Part shown: positions 61,843 to 64,000 of the stretch, in pieces
How positions within the stretch are numbered: position 1 is the first letter of the stretch
Layout of the letters: every line of letters starts with the position of its first letter
NCBI GenBank assembly: GCA_964270895.1
Contig: OZ185440.1
Strand: one strand, 5' to 3'
DNA: 64,000 bases
Source of the DNA: Podarcis filfolensis
Taxonomy: Eukaryota
Program-made: the position numbers and the translations under genes
The notes under the pieces: model-generated
Databases searched by the model: none
Told to the model about the DNA's origin: nothing
Seen by the model: only the letters and a program-made list of their open reading frames with translations

Positions 61843-61991
61843 CCATATTTTTCCATCTATAAGACGCCCCCTATTTTTGGGGACTCTGATTTAAGAAAAT
61901 GAGGGGAGATACTATCCGTGTATAAGATGAGTCCAGATTTTGAACATTATTTTAGAGTAAAAAACATAGTCTTATACACAGAAATGTATGG
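61843..61991. mobile_element. pogo/Tc2-like MITE
   Basis: TA-ccatatttttccatctataagac...gtcttatacacagaaatgtatgg-TA. Confidence 0.7.
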
Positions 61992-62706
61992 TACTTTTAA
62001 TAGATTATTAAGAGGTTATCTGAAAAACATAGGAACATGAGAAGAATCCTGCTGGATCAAATGGAAGATCCATTTAGTCTTGCATCCTTGTTTCACACAG
62101 TGGCCAAAACACATGCAGAGCATGAAAACAATATTTCACCCATGCTTTTGCCTTCAGGGAGCTAGTACTGGCAAACTGCCTCTGAACATGGAGGTTCAAC
62201 TTGGCAATTGCAGCTAATAGTTGTTGATGAACCTATCCTCCATTAGTTTATTGTGACATTTTCTGGTAAACTAAAACTTCTTTGTTTTCTCGCTGTTGGG
62301 CTTCTCCGCCCTGCCAATTCCTTGGAATTCCCAATTCTCTTAGATGTTCTCCATGCTCTTTGATTTCCCAACATTCATTTCAGCTGCAGGTTGTCATAGA
62401 GAATTATTGTCTATATAGAACATAACTGAAATATTGATCCCACACACACAAGCCCAGCCCCACCCACCGTGAAGAATGAGGGAGAGACATCTCAGCAAAG
62501 TAGAATAAACTTGAGTTACATGAGACTCTTGCCGACAAAACGAACAGGGCGTTGTTCATGCAGTAAATATTACAAAAGGGGAGTCAGAATAGGAAAAGAT
62601 TATCTTTTTACTGGATCAGCTTTTAGGATGAGCCATTGACGTATCGTCTAAGCAAATTAAACCATTCCAGTTTCAGGGCCTTGGGTGGGGCTACTTTCCA
62701 ACCTAG

Positions 62707-63214
62707 TGTTATGAGTTTGTGGGTGCCAGACCCCTATAATCCTAGCAAGTGTTAAAAGCTAATCAAGCGAGGCTAGCTTCCTGATGAGGTAATCACCCAG
62801 GTGATGGGCCATTAAGAAATCAAAGAAAAGGTGACGGGCCATTAAGAGAGCAACAGAAAGGGGGCTATCTGCCATACAACAGCTGGGTGGGGCAGGGGGC
62901 CCTCCAGCTCTTAGAGGAGGACAAAGCCTGAGTTTGAGAGCAGAGATAGCTGTAGTGTGAACTGGATGCAAAACAGCAAGCAGATGGTCGTTAGAGAGCA
63001 ATATTTGATTTCTGCTTGAATCCAAGGCTGCGGCTATGGGAGAAACAAGACCCTTTTGGGGTGTTGATGCTGTGAACCCCTCCATCCTAGGCTCAGGTTA
63101 TACATATGTGTAAAGAAACCATATATCATAAAGACACCACAGTCTTTGTTCTGCCTCATTCCCAAAAGGAAATCCAAACCCCAGGTAAGAACCTGGCACC
63201 CCTCGAATCTTACA
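62707..63214 (+). mobile_element. Probable solo LTR (508 bp)
   Basis: TG...CA termini; internal direct repeat gtga(t/c)gggccattaaga; degenerate poly(A) signal region (gtaaagaaaccatat) about 110 nt before the end; TSD not clean. Confidence 0.6.
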
Positions 63215-64000
63215 CTGTTTGGAGACTGGGCTGGTGCACAACACTATTTTGCTCTGATTCCATGCCAGTTATCAGTGATATGGTAAAGGGGAAACCAACT
63301 CCCCTCAGCCCTAGCCAGATGATGGGAAACATCAGGTGGGCTACGAGTTCCCTACCCCCCTCCCTTGTATAAGCCAGACTGGTAAAAGTTTTTTCCAGCT
63401 GCCATTTCTAGGTACTTGGTATGTGTTACAGATGCATTAATAAGCTGCTATCAGTTACATCCAACTTCTGGCAGTTTAATGTTTTATATATTTCTTTTAG
63501 GGATTTATACCACACTTTTCAATAGTTTCCAGGTATGCATGAGGTAACTTTCATCTGATTGACAGTGTGATCCTATACACGTCTATTCAGAAGTAATTTT
63601 CAGACAATTGTACTGTTAAGAGTGCTCTTTTTATATGCCTAGAAAGCAAGTTTCTCATTGTTTATAAATTATTCCCCTGACAAAGAGCTGAGGCTAAAAG
63701 CTGTAGCATCTTTTTTAAAATACAAGTTGCATTATTTTGGTTACCAGCTTTTTTGTTCTCATTTCATTGGTGCCTTTTTCCTACTTTACTAAATGAAGTT
63801 GGCACCGTAATTTTGGAATACACTCCATAGGATGGCTAACTGATGTATTTTCAGTGCCAGGCAAAAACTCTCATTATTTTTCCAGGCATTTTAGATATTT
63901 TCATTTTATGCATTATTTTATCTGGCCATAACTTTCTACTACTGCTGCTATTTTATGCTGTTTTATACTTGCATGAATTTGTTGTTCTGGTTTTTATTGT

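Noticed and set aside
38800-64000. Expected syntenic neighbours KLF17/KLF18 or SLC6A9 coding exons
   Set aside because: I found no C2H2 KLF finger motifs (SHLKAH, RSDEL, RSDHL) or GlyT1 motifs (VGLGNVWRFP) by eye. The absence is uninformative because these genes lie much more than 25 kb away in human.
1-64000. CRISPR arrays, rRNA, snRNA, snoRNA or prokaryotic systems
   Set aside because: The sequence is intron-containing vertebrate DNA. I saw no regularly spaced repeat-spacer arrays and recognised no structured RNA gene; an Infernal/Rfam scan would be needed to exclude intronic snoRNAs or miRNAs.

Overview
Vertebrate genomic DNA, most likely a squamate (probably lacertid) lizard, inferred from the repeat families (Sauria-SINE/BovB-type tail, squamate-type L1/L2/CR1, many hAT, Tigger and Harbinger MITEs). 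The only protein-coding gene I can support is a complete DMAP1 on the minus strand. It has a non-coding exon 1 at about 38.24-38.33 kb in a CpG-rich promoter and 10 coding exons, all GT-AG, joining to 1392 nt (463 aa + stop) from ATG 35909 to TGA 5286, with a poly(A) signal at 4690-4695. Intron 8 is 13.2 kb. The first ~560 bp look like the end of a convergent + strand 3' UTR (ERI3 by synteny, unproven). The 25 kb upstream of DMAP1 holds no recognisable coding exon, only repeats and enhancer-like islands. I found no clearly novel multi-gene system. The best leads are an excess of NBRE (AAAGGTCA) sites near the DMAP1 3' end, palindromic MITEs flanking frame-shifting exon 9, a very young intronic L1 with a perfect 20-bp TSD, enhancer-like islands in the expanded introns, an unclassified SINE-like family, and cleanly datable nested transposon insertions. 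Repeat coordinates without a stated TSD are approximate. All counts were made by eye.
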